A stretch of DNA of 64,000 nucleotides from Faecousia sp. (lineage in GTDB: Bacteria; Bacillota; Clostridia; Oscillospirales; Oscillospiraceae), in the NCBI GenBank assembly GCA_045594585.1, contig JAZNYV010000186.1:77335-141334 (forward strand). Direction: 5' to 3'. Positions 14,017 through 23,908 of this stretch are shown one piece after another. A program made the position numbers and the translations under genes. The notes under the pieces are model-generated. The model ran no database searches. It was not told the origin of the DNA and was given only the letters and a program-made list of their open reading frames with translations. Every line of letters starts with the position of its first letter. The stretch's first letter is position 1.

Positions 14017-17000
14017 TTATGAGAGGCGGAACTGGGAATCCGTGGCGAAGAAATAGAGGATCTTATCCTTTACCGGCAGCTTGAATATCTTGGACAGTGC
14101 GTCGGCATAGGCCTCTATCTGTCCACGATAGTATTCTGCCCGTTCCTGTTGTCCATCCTTGGTAATATGATCGGACTTAAAGTCCAGAATGCTCAAGAAG
14201 CCGTCCTCCACGAAGCAGCAATCCGTAACACCTTGGAGCAGATACTTTTCCCCGGCAAGCTCCGGGTCATATTTCCCTGCATCCTCCAGGATGGAGAATT
14301 TAAATTCTCGGATCACCCTGTCTGCTCCCAAGACTCGCTGTCCCAGAGGGGAGCGGAAGAAGGTAAGGATCTTCTGAGGAGGTACTGCCTCTGCTTGCTT
14401 ACGGGTAATAAAGCCCTCGGACACCAGCCGTTCCAATTCCTCGCAGATTCCCTCCGTATGTGTGCATCTGTCGTATTTCATATATTGCATGGCCATATGG
14501 ATCGCAGTGCCCCGTTCCGTAGGAGAGAGCGTCTTCTCTGCAAAGTCGGGCTTCATAGACCGAGGAATGGGAGCAAATATATCCTTCTTTTTTTCCTCTT
14601 CTCCCCCCTTTAATTGGGTTGCCGTGAGCTTGCCCTCCTGTCGGGAGGCCTTCTCGTAGGCGTAGGACACCGGCCGCAGGAGGGGAACAGGTTCCTCCTC
14701 ATGGGACAGTGTTTCCTCCGTCTGCTCCTGCAGTCCGCGGGCATTGTGGAGACGAATGGTCCAAGGGTAGTGTTGCCCCTCCTGTCCCTCTCTATAGGTC
14801 AGTGCGGTCATCAAGACCCAATCGCCTAAGGATCCCGCAGACTCGATCATAGATTGAGGCATAGGGTCTGCCACCTTCTGCTCCAGGGTAGTTAGGTGCT
14901 CCGCCAATTTCTCCCCACTGCAGGTCATAATGAGCCGATGACGGGGACGTGTCATTGCTACGTAGAGAAGCCGCATTTCTTCGGATATGGTCTCCCTGCG
15001 CATTTTCTCCTTAATGGCTGTCAGTGCCACTGTGGGATAGGTCGCCAGCCGATCCTTATCCAGGACCTTGGCTGCTATGCCGAAGGTATCATCGATCTGC
15101 ATTCCCTCATAGGTATCCCTCAAATTGAAGCCAACACCCAAGCAGCACAGGAATACAATGGGATACTCCAAGCCCTTGGATTTATGTATGGTCGTGATCT
15201 GAACCGCTCCCTTGGCCTTTGTATCCTCTCCCTGGAGCCCCTTTTCCTTCAGGCGGTCCAAATGCTGCAGAAAGGCAGATAAACCGAATCGGGCACCACT
15301 GTCAAATTGATCCACTACAGCAGCGAAGGTGTCCAGATTATATTGGGTCTTGGAATAGACCTTGCGTAGGCAGAAGCTGTCCTCGATCATATCAAACAGA
15401 TCACGCATACAGCCTCTCTGGCCACATCTTCGTAATTTATCCAGCTCTTGCAAAAAGGGTTCTTGGGGTGCATACCGTCTGAGTGCATCGTACACATCAG
15501 CCTTGCGGTATTGGCTACGGGCATAAGCGAGGCTATCGGGAGAAAGGCGGATCACCTTAGACAGCAAGACACTGAGCAGGGGGATATCACGGTGAGGATT
15601 GTCGATGATCTGTAGCAACGAGTGGAGGAAACGGATCTCCTCTGCCTCAAACAGATTCTCGTTACTGCACACGGCGGGGATCCCATGCTTCTGTAAGACC
15701 TTCTGGAAGATCACAGCCCTCTTAGCAGGGGATCGCATCAATATCACGATATCCTCCGGCTTAGTAGGGACCTGTCCCTTCTCTCCGGGCAGGGGCTCGT
15801 TCCTGAGGATCTCAGTGATCCTCTGTGCTACGAAGGCCGCCTCATAGTGGATATCCGTTTGCTCCGGCCCCTTATCCTCCTTGGTGCAGTGGATGCAGTG
15901 CAGCTCCACAGCCTTGCAGCCGGGAGCCAGGTCTGCTACCTTTCCCAGAGGTCGCAGAGCCTCATCCTCCCCATAGTCCACGTCTCCCACCCGTTTGTTC
16001 ATATGGAGACGGAAAACATCATTGGCAGCCTGCAGAATGGGGGCAGAGGATCTGAAATTATCCGACAGCAGGATCTTACGGGGTTCTCCCTCCTGTGCCT
16101 TGGTATAATCTGCATAGGAATAATATTTGGCAGTAAAGATCTGTGGCTCTGCTCTGCGGAAGCCGTAAATAGATTGTTTCACATCTCCTACGAAGAACAG
16201 GTTCTTGCCCTCCCGTGAGATGGCCGCAAATATTTTATCTTGGACACCATTGGTGTCTTGGTACTCGTCGATCATTAGCTCCACATATCGCCGGGAAATC
16301 TCTTTGGCAATAGGGGTAGGGGTATTCCCCTTCCTGTACAGGAGCTCCAGAGTCTCCTGCTCCAGGTCGTTGTAATCCAGCAGATGTCTGCTCTGCTTCT
16401 CCTTGCGGAAATTCTCTATAAACCGTTCCGTCAGCAGCAGCAGACCTCTGAGTGCCGGTGCCGTCTTGCACAGATCCTCGATGACCACCGAGGACGGAAG
16501 CTCGAACTTGCCCCACCATGCCTTTATTTTTGTCTTTAGAGAATCCATAATGCCTTTAACGTAATCTTTCAGCTCCGGGTTCGGAGGCCTGGTAACGCTC
16601 TGCATCCGATCAAATTCAGGAACGATCTCACGGATCTCGTCCCACTGCCCACAGGCCTCGTACCGAAGGAGCAGTCCCTCCACCTGTTCAAAAGAAGGAG
16701 TGTACTTATTAAGCCACACATTCTGCTCGATCAGATCAAGAGCTTCCCGAACCTGGCTCATTGCCTCAGAGAGGAAGTGCTTAAACTCCTCGATCAGGAA
16801 CCTGCCCCAGGGGCTCTGCGATATGGATTCGTTATAATGATATTCCAGCATATCCCTTAGATTCTTTAGGGTATCCTTCCTGCTGGGCGTATTCATGATT
16901 ACTTCGTAAGCACGGTAGATCATCTTAGGCAGAGCATTGTCGTTCCGCCCTGCACCGAGAATATCCATGGTAGCCATAATATCCTCGTTTCCCTCCGTAT

Positions 17001-17451
17001 AGGCCACATCCAGCAGCTTGTTCATGACTTTGGTGCGGAGAGCCTCCGCCTCGGATTCCTCGATAATGCGGAAATCCGCCGGAAGCTCCAGCTCATGTGC
17101 ATAGTCCCGTAGCAGGGAGGCACAGAAGCCATGTATGGTGGATATCTGAGCCAAATACACACGACTGAGCTGCTCCTGCAGGTGCTTGGAGCCCTCCCCT
17201 TCTGCGATCATGGTATTGATACGGCGGATGATCTTGCCCCGCAGCTCTGCGGCAGCCGCCTTGGTAAAGGTTATCATGAGGAAATCGTCAATATTGCAGG
17301 GATCGGTTTCGGAATTGACTCTACGCAGCATACGGTCAATCAGCACGTGGGTCTTGCCGGAGCCCGCTGCAGCAGAGATCAGGAGGGTGCCTCCTTCATT
17401 CTCTACCACCGCCTGCTGAAAGGGTGTTAATTCAATCTTCGCCATGTCCAT
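14017..17451 (-). CDS. addA: ATP-dependent helicase/nuclease subunit A
   Basis: AAAGSGKT, TFTKAAAAE, DEYQD, VGDVKQSIYGFR, TIHKSKGLE, LLYVAMTR; C-terminal nuclease QG..D...ILDFKSD. Confidence 0.95.
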   Translation of the reverse strand: MDMAKIELTPFQQAVVENEGGTLLISAAAGSGKTHVLIDRMLRRVNSETDPCNIDDFLMITFTKAAAAELRGKIIRRINTMIAEGEGSKHLQEQLSRVYLAQISTIHGFCASLLRDYAHELELPADFRIIEESEAEALRTKVMNKLLDVAYTEGNEDIMATMDILGAGRNDNALPKMIYRAYEVIMNTPSRKDTLKNLRDMLEYHYNESISQSPWGRFLIEEFKHFLSEAMSQVREALDLIEQNVWLNKYTPSFEQVEGLLLRYEACGQWDEIREIVPEFDRMQSVTRPPNPELKDYVKGIMDSLKTKIKAWWGKFELPSSVVIEDLCKTAPALRGLLLLTERFIENFRKEKQSRHLLDYNDLEQETLELLYRKGNTPTPIAKEISRRYVELMIDEYQDTNGVQDKIFAAISREGKNLFFVGDVKQSIYGFRRAEPQIFTAKYYSYADYTKAQEGEPRKILLSDNFRSSAPILQAANDVFRLHMNKRVGDVDYGEDEALRPLGKVADLAPGCKAVELHCIHCTKEDKGPEQTDIHYEAAFVAQRITEILRNEPLPGEKGQVPTKPEDIVILMRSPAKRAVIFQKVLQKHGIPAVCSNENLFEAEEIRFLHSLLQIIDNPHRDIPLLSVLLSKVIRLSPDSLAYARSQYRKADVYDALRRYAPQEPFLQELDKLRRCGQRGCMRDLFDMIEDSFCLRKVYSKTQYNLDTFAAVVDQFDSGARFGLSAFLQHLDRLKEKGLQGEDTKAKGAVQITTIHKSKGLEYPIVFLCCLGVGFNLRDTYEGMQIDDTFGIAAKVLDKDRLATYPTVALTAIKEKMRRETISEEMRLLYVAMTRPRHRLIMTCSGEKLAEHLTTLEQKVADPMPQSMIESAGSLGDWVLMTALTYREGQEGQHYPWTIRLHNARGLQEQTEETLSHEEEPVPLLRPVSYAYEKASRQEGKLTATQLKGGEEEKKKDIFAPIPRSMKPDFAEKTLSPTERGTAIHMAMQYMKYDRCTHTEGICEELERLVSEGFITRKQAEAVPPQKILTFFRSPLGQRVLGADRVIREFKFSILEDAGKYDPELAGEKYLLQGVTDCCFVEDGFLSILDFKSDHITKDGQQERAEYYRGQIEAYADALSKIFKLPVKDKILYFFATDSQFRLS

Positions 17452-20400
17452 CCTCCCTTATCCGTTCCCAAAACATCTCGGGCTTCAGCTTATCCAGCAT
17501 CCGTTTCTCCACCTGTTCTCCGCAAATGGGCTTATAGGGACACCAACCACATCCATACCGCTTGGAATCCAGGTAATAGGGATCCGGCTCCAGTTTGCCG
17601 CTGTAAACGGAATCTGCCAAATCTGCCACCCGTCTGGATAGGTGATCTCGTAACAGCTCCATCTCCTCCTCGGTGGCAACATAGCTCGTCAGCTCCCCAT
17701 TCTTCCGCGTGCAGGGCAGGTAACGGGTGATCTCTCCCGGCTCCATAGCCTCTGCTACAATGGGATCCTTTAGGATAAGTCCGCTGGATCTCTGCTCATT
17801 GTTCCGTTCCTTCTTTAGCGTGTTTTCGTCATCTCTGGAGGAAATCGGAATGTTCTTGCACTGTGCCGGAAAATACAGCACGCCGGCAGGTCTCATATCG
17901 GTGTAATTCAGCTTCCCCTCGTACTCCTTCAGTGCGAAGAGATAGATCAGCATCTGCAGACCCAGGCCGTAATAGACCTCGGAGTAGTCAAAGGTCTTAT
18001 GTCCCGTTTTATAGTCAATGACCCTGTAATAGGTCTGCTCTCCATGCTTCCAGATGTCCACACGGTCTACCTTGCCCTCCAGGGTCCCGCTAACCGTTTT
18101 CCCCACAACAGGGATCCCGGGGACATCCGCATCCTCTCCATCGGCAAATTCCAGTTCAAATCTGTCAGGTGTAAATTGGGAAACAGAGAGCTCTTGATAC
18201 AGCCGCTTTACCACAAGGCGAACCTCGGTAAAATTCCTGCGGAATAAGTATTCTGCCCGCTCCGATCTCCACAGCTCTGCCAGCTCTTCCCGGGCATAGC
18301 GTTCCATGTAGTGATCTGCGATCTCCATGACCCGGTCCAATTCCACCCTGTGGAAGCCACCCTCTTCCATAACCTGAGCAGTGGTCCTCTCCAGGACGTC
18401 ATGGACAAAGGTGCCGAAAACAGAGGCGTCGATCTCTGCGATCTGAGACTCCTCTGCCTTTAAGCCGTATCGCAGGAAGAATGCAAAACGGCAGGTTGCG
18501 ATCTTCTCCAGCTTAGATGCAGACAGGCGGAGCTCATGTCCGTACAGCTCCCGAACCGCTTCATGGGATAGGTCGGGAATGCAATAGCTCTCCTCCGCAG
18601 CAAATCTCGCCTCATGATCTCTGGGAGAACGGGTCACAAGAGCTTGATCGTCATCGATCATCCTTCCGTGAGGGAAGAGGGCCCTTCCACGCAGATAAAA
18701 GTGAGATTCCTTGCCGCTGAGAGCGGACAGATACACCGTCTTTACAGGTGCTCCCAGGACGCTGTCCATCATAGCAAGCTCACGGTTTAAGCGACCCGTG
18801 GCAAGAGTGTTGGGAGAAATACCGATCTCCAGGTCAATGAGGGTCTGCCGTTCCCGATCTGACAAGAGGGTCTGATTGCCCTGTACCGAGGGGAAGGCTC
18901 CCTCGTTGGCTCCGATCACAAATAGATAAGGGGTATGACAATTCCGTTGGGAGGAAAGACTGCCAATATTCACACAGTCAATGGTGGCAGGGATAGTACC
19001 CACGGTATACAAACTCACCGCCGTCCTAAACAGCAAGATAAAATCCTCCGGGGAACGTACCGTCTCTCCCAGAACTCCGTACATCTGCTCCATGAGCCTG
19101 CAGAGGATCCCGTAGACCTGGGCGTATTCCTGTGCCCTCTGCTTCTCGTTATTCTCCGAGAGCCAAATGGCCTCTGTATTCAATTGCTTGTTTAGATCGA
19201 TCTCCTCCATAAAGCTGTTGAGGGCCAGGAGCATATCTCCCGTATTCTTAGCAGCCTTAAGCCTCCTCCGCAGGTGGAGGACGGGATCCATAAGGGTGCG
19301 TCTGCTCTGATTCAGCTTCTCCAGACGGTTTCTTTTGATCTCCTCGTTCTCCTTCTGCAAGCCTCGGGGACCCATGGTCCAAGCCTCCTCAAAGCCTGTT
19401 CCGCTAATATCCCACATGAGAACGTAATTCTCTAACAGGTCTGCCTCTCCATAGGGCAAGCCGGAGAAGCCCGTCTTCATATAGTCCAGGATCGCCTCCT
19501 GCTCCAGCTCCAGGGCAGCCTCCAGTGCTCTAAGGATCATATGTACAACCGGCTGCTTAAGGATGTCAGTATCCCCGGCAAAATAGGCAGGAATGTCTGC
19601 TCGACGGAAAACGGTCCTAATAGGAGCCTTGTAGGCACTGTAGTTGGCACAGGCCACGGTAATATCCCGTAACCGTACCCCCTGCTCCATAAGAGCCAGG
19701 ATCTCTCCCCCGACCATCCGACATTCTGCGGCAATGTCCGGTGCAGTCATAAAGCAGACCTGCTCTGTTTCCTCGGAGCTCTCCCTGTGGGGGGAGAACA
19801 GATGCTCCCGTAGGAAGGGCACACCTGCCTCCTTGCCCATGTCTTCCGGTACAGAGATCTCGCAAGGAACCTGAGACCGTTGTGCCAGCCTGACCAGCTC
19901 CCTACCCGTAGCAGCCGCAGTGAAGAACTGCTGCTTCTCGGATTGGAGGCTGTCACACAGGAGATATACCGTAACCTCCGCCCCTTGAAGCAGCAGTTCC
20001 CGAATGATCTCGATCTCAACGCCGTTAAAATCCGTAAAGCCGTAGAAGAAGAAAGCCTTGTCCTCTGCAAAATCATTCTGCTCCAGCGCAAGGAGCAGAC
20101 GGCTCAACCGACTCTCAGAGTTCTGTCCCAGGTTTTGACAAACACTGTCATAGCCCTCCAGCAACAATGCCAGCTCCTCCATCTTTACCGCAAAGGCACC
20201 CTCCAAAGAGGATAGCTTGTCCCGTAGCAATTGGGGCGAAATACAGGAGCTCCGCAGCTCATCCAAGGTTCGGGACAGCTGTAGGAGGAAATTGGGCTTA
20301 AGAGACTTGCTCCCGTAGAGCTTTAATTGGAAGCGGAGCTGCTCCACAGTGAGGCACATGGTCAGCAGCTTGCCTGCTGCGTCGGTCTCGGATTCTGCAA

Positions 20401-20635
20401 TGCCGCCGTACTCAGAGAACACACGCAGTGCCAAACGGGAGAAGCCCAGGATCTCAGCATATTGGGAGATGCCGTCTCCCCCTACCTCGCAGAGCCTACG
20501 CTCCAGCATATGGGAGATCTGTTCCGGCACAAGGATCATTTGCATGGGAGCCCCGTCCCCTGTTCGGGAGCAAACCCGTGTCAGAAGATGGTCCTGATTC
20601 CTAACTCGGTCTGTACTGCAATATATCTTTAACAT
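17432..20635 (-). CDS. addB: ATP-dependent helicase/nuclease subunit B
   Basis: VPEQ, SASKLE...C.F.FF, GKVDRVD, VIDYKTG, LQMLIY, C-terminal CGWCPYKPIC Fe-S cysteines; directly upstream of addA. Confidence 0.9.
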   Translation of the reverse strand: MLKIYCSTDRVRNQDHLLTRVCSRTGDGAPMQMILVPEQISHMLERRLCEVGGDGISQYAEILGFSRLALRVFSEYGGIAESETDAAGKLLTMCLTVEQLRFQLKLYGSKSLKPNFLLQLSRTLDELRSSCISPQLLRDKLSSLEGAFAVKMEELALLLEGYDSVCQNLGQNSESRLSRLLLALEQNDFAEDKAFFFYGFTDFNGVEIEIIRELLLQGAEVTVYLLCDSLQSEKQQFFTAAATGRELVRLAQRSQVPCEISVPEDMGKEAGVPFLREHLFSPHRESSEETEQVCFMTAPDIAAECRMVGGEILALMEQGVRLRDITVACANYSAYKAPIRTVFRRADIPAYFAGDTDILKQPVVHMILRALEAALELEQEAILDYMKTGFSGLPYGEADLLENYVLMWDISGTGFEEAWTMGPRGLQKENEEIKRNRLEKLNQSRRTLMDPVLHLRRRLKAAKNTGDMLLALNSFMEEIDLNKQLNTEAIWLSENNEKQRAQEYAQVYGILCRLMEQMYGVLGETVRSPEDFILLFRTAVSLYTVGTIPATIDCVNIGSLSSQRNCHTPYLFVIGANEGAFPSVQGNQTLLSDRERQTLIDLEIGISPNTLATGRLNRELAMMDSVLGAPVKTVYLSALSGKESHFYLRGRALFPHGRMIDDDQALVTRSPRDHEARFAAEESYCIPDLSHEAVRELYGHELRLSASKLEKIATCRFAFFLRYGLKAEESQIAEIDASVFGTFVHDVLERTTAQVMEEGGFHRVELDRVMEIADHYMERYAREELAELWRSERAEYLFRRNFTEVRLVVKRLYQELSVSQFTPDRFELEFADGEDADVPGIPVVGKTVSGTLEGKVDRVDIWKHGEQTYYRVIDYKTGHKTFDYSEVYYGLGLQMLIYLFALKEYEGKLNYTDMRPAGVLYFPAQCKNIPISSRDDENTLKKERNNEQRSSGLILKDPIVAEAMEPGEITRYLPCTRKNGELTSYVATEEEMELLRDHLSRRVADLADSVYSGKLEPDPYYLDSKRYGCGWCPYKPICGEQVEKRMLDKLKPEMFWERIREDGHGED

Positions 20636-20699
20636 TCCATCACCTCAAGCGCCTCAGGATATTTTCTATCTTTCATTTTATCACAGGCCCTATTTCTTG

Positions 20700-21329
20700 T
20701 CAATTGAAAACCGCTCTGATCCACTCCAGCACTTTAAACTGTAATACATACTTTGGCTCCTCCTTCTGTATGAAAGCCAGTTCCCTGTCCTCATAGCCCC
20801 CCTCCTCAGCCATTCGCTCCAGCTCCTTGGGGTCTGTCGCATTACACAGAGTGGGAAACACCACGCACCACCAGTTTTTCCCCTTTCCTTCCCCTATCAC
20901 GATTCTGAGAGCATGATACTCTCCTGCAGGGAGGGAAAAGGTATCGTACTGCCTTGTAGGAAAGCTCTCTCTGCACAGTGCTACAGACACGCCATAACTG
21001 CTGCCCTCAGCTGCAAGGTAGGCCCCTGCAGTCTCCTCCAATTGGGGCAGCATGGTACGAAGGACCCTTTCCGCCTCCTCCATATCTCTGCAGTGAGCCG
21101 TAATACTGTGGACCTCCTCCAGGATCCTATCCCGGAGCCGGAGCTTCTGCTCCTGATCCTCTCTTGCATCGGAATTGGCAAGAATATGCAGGCGGAGAGT
21201 CTTATCCTCCAGGGAGCTACGGGTCACGACCGCCTCTATTGTAAAAATCAAGAAAGCACCCATAAACACTGTAGCGATCCAGATCAAAATTCTTTTCGTC
21301 ATAAAAAACACCGTCCATATGTAGATCAT
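20700..21329 (-). CDS. spoIIR: Stage II sporulation protein R
   Basis: LRLHILANSD...DQ..KL.LRD, FPTRQYDTFSLPAGEY.ALRIVIGEGKGKNWWCVVFP.LC; true start may be ATG 21302. Confidence 0.93.
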   Translation of the reverse strand: MIYIWTVFFMTKRILIWIATVFMGAFLIFTIEAVVTRSSLEDKTLRLHILANSDAREDQEQKLRLRDRILEEVHSITAHCRDMEEAERVLRTMLPQLEETAGAYLAAEGSSYGVSVALCRESFPTRQYDTFSLPAGEYHALRIVIGEGKGKNWWCVVFPTLCNATDPKELERMAEEGGYEDRELAFIQKEEPKYVLQFKVLEWIRAVFN

Positions 21330-21362
21330 TGATATCTACAGTATAGACGGTGTTCGCATATT

Positions 21363-22220
21363 TTAAACACTTTTGCAGAAATATGTATTGGGATAGTCCT
21401 TCTTTAGAGTCTCAACCGCCTTAAGTGCGATCTCCTCCGCAGGGAATACACCGAAGACTACACTGCCGCTGCCGGTCATCTGTGCTCCACAGGCTCCACA
21501 GGCCAACAACCCCTCCTTGATCCGGGTAATGTCCCCGTACCCCTCCTTGACAGCATCCTCAAAGACGTTACACAGGAGGTTTCCGACCCTATAGGGATCC
21601 CCTGCCTTAAGTGCCTGCTCCATAGCCACATGATCCGGTCTGCAATGAATCTCCGAGGAATCCAGCTTGGCAAACAGCTTAGGGGTGGAAAAAGCCAGAT
21701 CCGGCTTACACAGGACGAAGAACAGCTTGTGCTCTGTCTCCATAGGCGTCATCCGCTCCCCCCGTCCTTGGCAGAAGGCGGTGCCTCCAACAACACAGAA
21801 GGGTACATCGGAGCCTATCCTTGCTCCCAGCTCTGCAAGCTCCGTAAGGGAAAGAGGCCGGGGAACACAGCGGTTGAGAAGTCTGAGGACAGTAGCAGCA
21901 TCACTGCTCCCTCCACCTAAACCTGCCTCACTGGGGATCTGCTTATCTATGGTGATCCGCAGGCCCTGAGGATCCCAGGCAAGAGTCTCACAAAAGACCT
22001 CGGCAGCCTTCCAGGCAAGATTCCGTCTGTCGCAGGGAATATCCTCCCTATGACACAGCAGCTCCCAGGAGCTCCCCGATCCGATCTCCACAGAGATCTC
22101 ATCCGCCAAAGAGACACAGTGCATAATGCTCTCCAGATCATGGTATCCGTCCGTCCGCTTGGCAAGGACGTCCAGGGTCAGGTTGATCTTGGCGTAAGCT
22201 CTCTCGTGAAGAGTTGTCAT
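21363..22220 (-). CDS. ispE: 4-diphosphocytidyl-2-C-methyl-D-erythritol kinase
   Basis: AYAKINLTLDV, GYHDL, NLAWKAA, KQIPSEAGLGGGSSDAA, GSDVPFC, MTGSGS. Confidence 0.95.
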   Translation of the reverse strand: MTTLHERAYAKINLTLDVLAKRTDGYHDLESIMHCVSLADEISVEIGSGSSWELLCHREDIPCDRRNLAWKAAEVFCETLAWDPQGLRITIDKQIPSEAGLGGGSSDAATVLRLLNRCVPRPLSLTELAELGARIGSDVPFCVVGGTAFCQGRGERMTPMETEHKLFFVLCKPDLAFSTPKLFAKLDSSEIHCRPDHVAMEQALKAGDPYRVGNLLCNVFEDAVKEGYGDITRIKEGLLACGACGAQMTGSGSVVFGVFPAEEIALKAVETLKKDYPNTYFCKSV

Positions 22221-23458
22221 TTGATCTTTCTGCCTTCCAGATAGTAACGCTTCTCACGGCTATGACCCATAGAGAAGGTCTTGCGGGGCAGGATGCCGTC
22301 AGCAATGACTCCACGGAAGAGCTGGCTCTTCTCCATAGCCGGGAGCAAGAATCCGATAGCATTGTCCTGATCTGCGAGAGCGATCAATGCATCATCATCG
22401 TGGATATAGTCGATCTCACCCTCATTGGTCTTGAGATACTCATCCAGGAAGCCCTGGAGCACACCTACTGCAAGCTGGCTCTTAGCCTTATCCAGAGTTA
22501 CGGTGCCGGATTCCTTGCCGATGTACCACCTTACCTCGAAGCCGCCCTCGGCACAAGCCTCCTGCTCTAATGCGGAAAGGAGAGCCTTGGGGTCGCACTT
22601 TACGATAACGCGGTGGATGGGCTCAAAGACCTGTGCCTCATCATGGATATTCTCCAGCTCAACCAGTGCAAAACGGGCAGGATGCATGGACAGATCCTCA
22701 TCGGAGTGATTGGCCTTTAGCTCCTCGTAGCAGGACTTTGCCGTTGCAAGGGAGTGGTTGCCGTCGCCTACGGCGAAAACCATGGGAACGCCTTCCAGAT
22801 CCTCATACTTCTTGCCTACGGTGGCAGTATACTCCGTCAGACGGGCATTAAAGGCCTCGGCTGCGGCACCCTGTACCAGCCAGCCACGGATACGATTGCC
22901 GCCTTCCATAAGCTCGAAATCATAGAGCTCCTTCAGTTCTGCCTTCTGCTGTGCAATGGGCTCAATGAGAACCTTGTCATGGTCGTCAGCCAGCATCAGA
23001 ATATGGGGCAGCTCAATGGGAGCATCCCGACGGACACGCATACGGGGAGGGATACGCTCTACGACAGTACGCTCCGTTGCACGGATGGCAGAGGTAGAGC
23101 CGGTGGAATAATCATAGGCATCCAGATCCACCATACCTACCAGGCCCTTACGAACAGAGCCATTCTCCAGGGTACGCTCGATGTATACCAAAGCGTTCTC
23201 ATAGGTCGTGAAAATGTCGTTCTTAAGGTACTCTGCCATAGTGCGATTGATCAGAGCGGTATGCTCAGCTTCCTTCTCTGTGCCCAGCTCAGCCTCGGGC
23301 AGGATCAGATTGATGGTGGAAGGAGCACCCTCCGCATTCTTCCGCACGCGGTCCCAATAGGCAGGATCGGAGGTAAACTGGTCGCAGGCGATCACAGCCC
23401 ACTTTTCCATAGCTTCTACTTGGGGGAAGAGGATATCAGCAGGTAAAAATGCATTCAT
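22217..23458 (-). CDS. DUF1015 family protein
   Basis: WAVIACDQFTS, PSTINLILPE, IRATERTV.ERIPPR, GDGNHSLATAK, PRKTFSMG...EKRYYLEGR. Confidence 0.85.
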   Translation of the reverse strand: MNAFLPADILFPQVEAMEKWAVIACDQFTSDPAYWDRVRKNAEGAPSTINLILPEAELGTEKEAEHTALINRTMAEYLKNDIFTTYENALVYIERTLENGSVRKGLVGMVDLDAYDYSTGSTSAIRATERTVVERIPPRMRVRRDAPIELPHILMLADDHDKVLIEPIAQQKAELKELYDFELMEGGNRIRGWLVQGAAAEAFNARLTEYTATVGKKYEDLEGVPMVFAVGDGNHSLATAKSCYEELKANHSDEDLSMHPARFALVELENIHDEAQVFEPIHRVIVKCDPKALLSALEQEACAEGGFEVRWYIGKESGTVTLDKAKSQLAVGVLQGFLDEYLKTNEGEIDYIHDDDALIALADQDNAIGFLLPAMEKSQLFRGVIADGILPRKTFSMGHSREKRYYLEGRKIK

Positions 23459-23590
23459 AATAATTCAAACCTTTCCTATATGATCTTTGATCGTGTGATA
23501 CACGGGTCTTATGATATTATACTATACTTTTCCTCATTTGCATAGTAGTTTTGAAATGTCGATTTTTACAAATTTCAACATGATTTTTGC

Positions 23591-23620
23591 GTATACTGCC
23601 CAAATATTCGGGTCATACTA
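23591..23620 (+). promoter_or_regulatory. sigma-G-type promoter of the DUF378 gene
   Basis: GTATA-18 nt-CATACTA. Confidence 0.65.
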
Positions 23621-23648
23621 TGGTCAGAACCAAACTGGAGGTGTATGA

Positions 23649-23858
23649 ATGGACACAATCGCTTTGATCCTGAGCATTATCGGTTCCTTGAACTGGGGGT
23701 TAGTAGGTCTGTTTCGTTTTGATCTGGTTGCCTGGCTCCTGGGTGGTCAGACCTCTCTCCTTGCCCGGATCGTTTATGCCCTGGTGGGTCTTGCGGGAGT
23801 ATGGTGCATTTCCCTGCTGTTCCGCAGGAGTGTACTGGCCGAGCGGGACGAGTACTGA
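23649..23858 (+). CDS. DUF378 domain small membrane protein (YuzA-like)
   Basis: L.IIGSLNWGLVGLF.FDLVA.L.GG...LARIVY.LVGLAG. Confidence 0.9.
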   Translation: MDTIALILSIIGSLNWGLVGLFRFDLVAWLLGGQTSLLARIVYALVGLAGVWCISLLFRRSVLAERDEY

Positions 23859-23865
23859 GAAAATC

Positions 23866-23903
23866 GCACCTCTTGCCCAAGCTTTCTTTTGGACAAGAGG
23901 TGC
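23866..23903. terminator. Bidirectional terminator
   Basis: GCACCTCTTGCCCAA...TTGGACAAGAGGTGC followed by ATTTTTT. Confidence 0.8.
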
Positions 23904-23908
23904 ATTTT

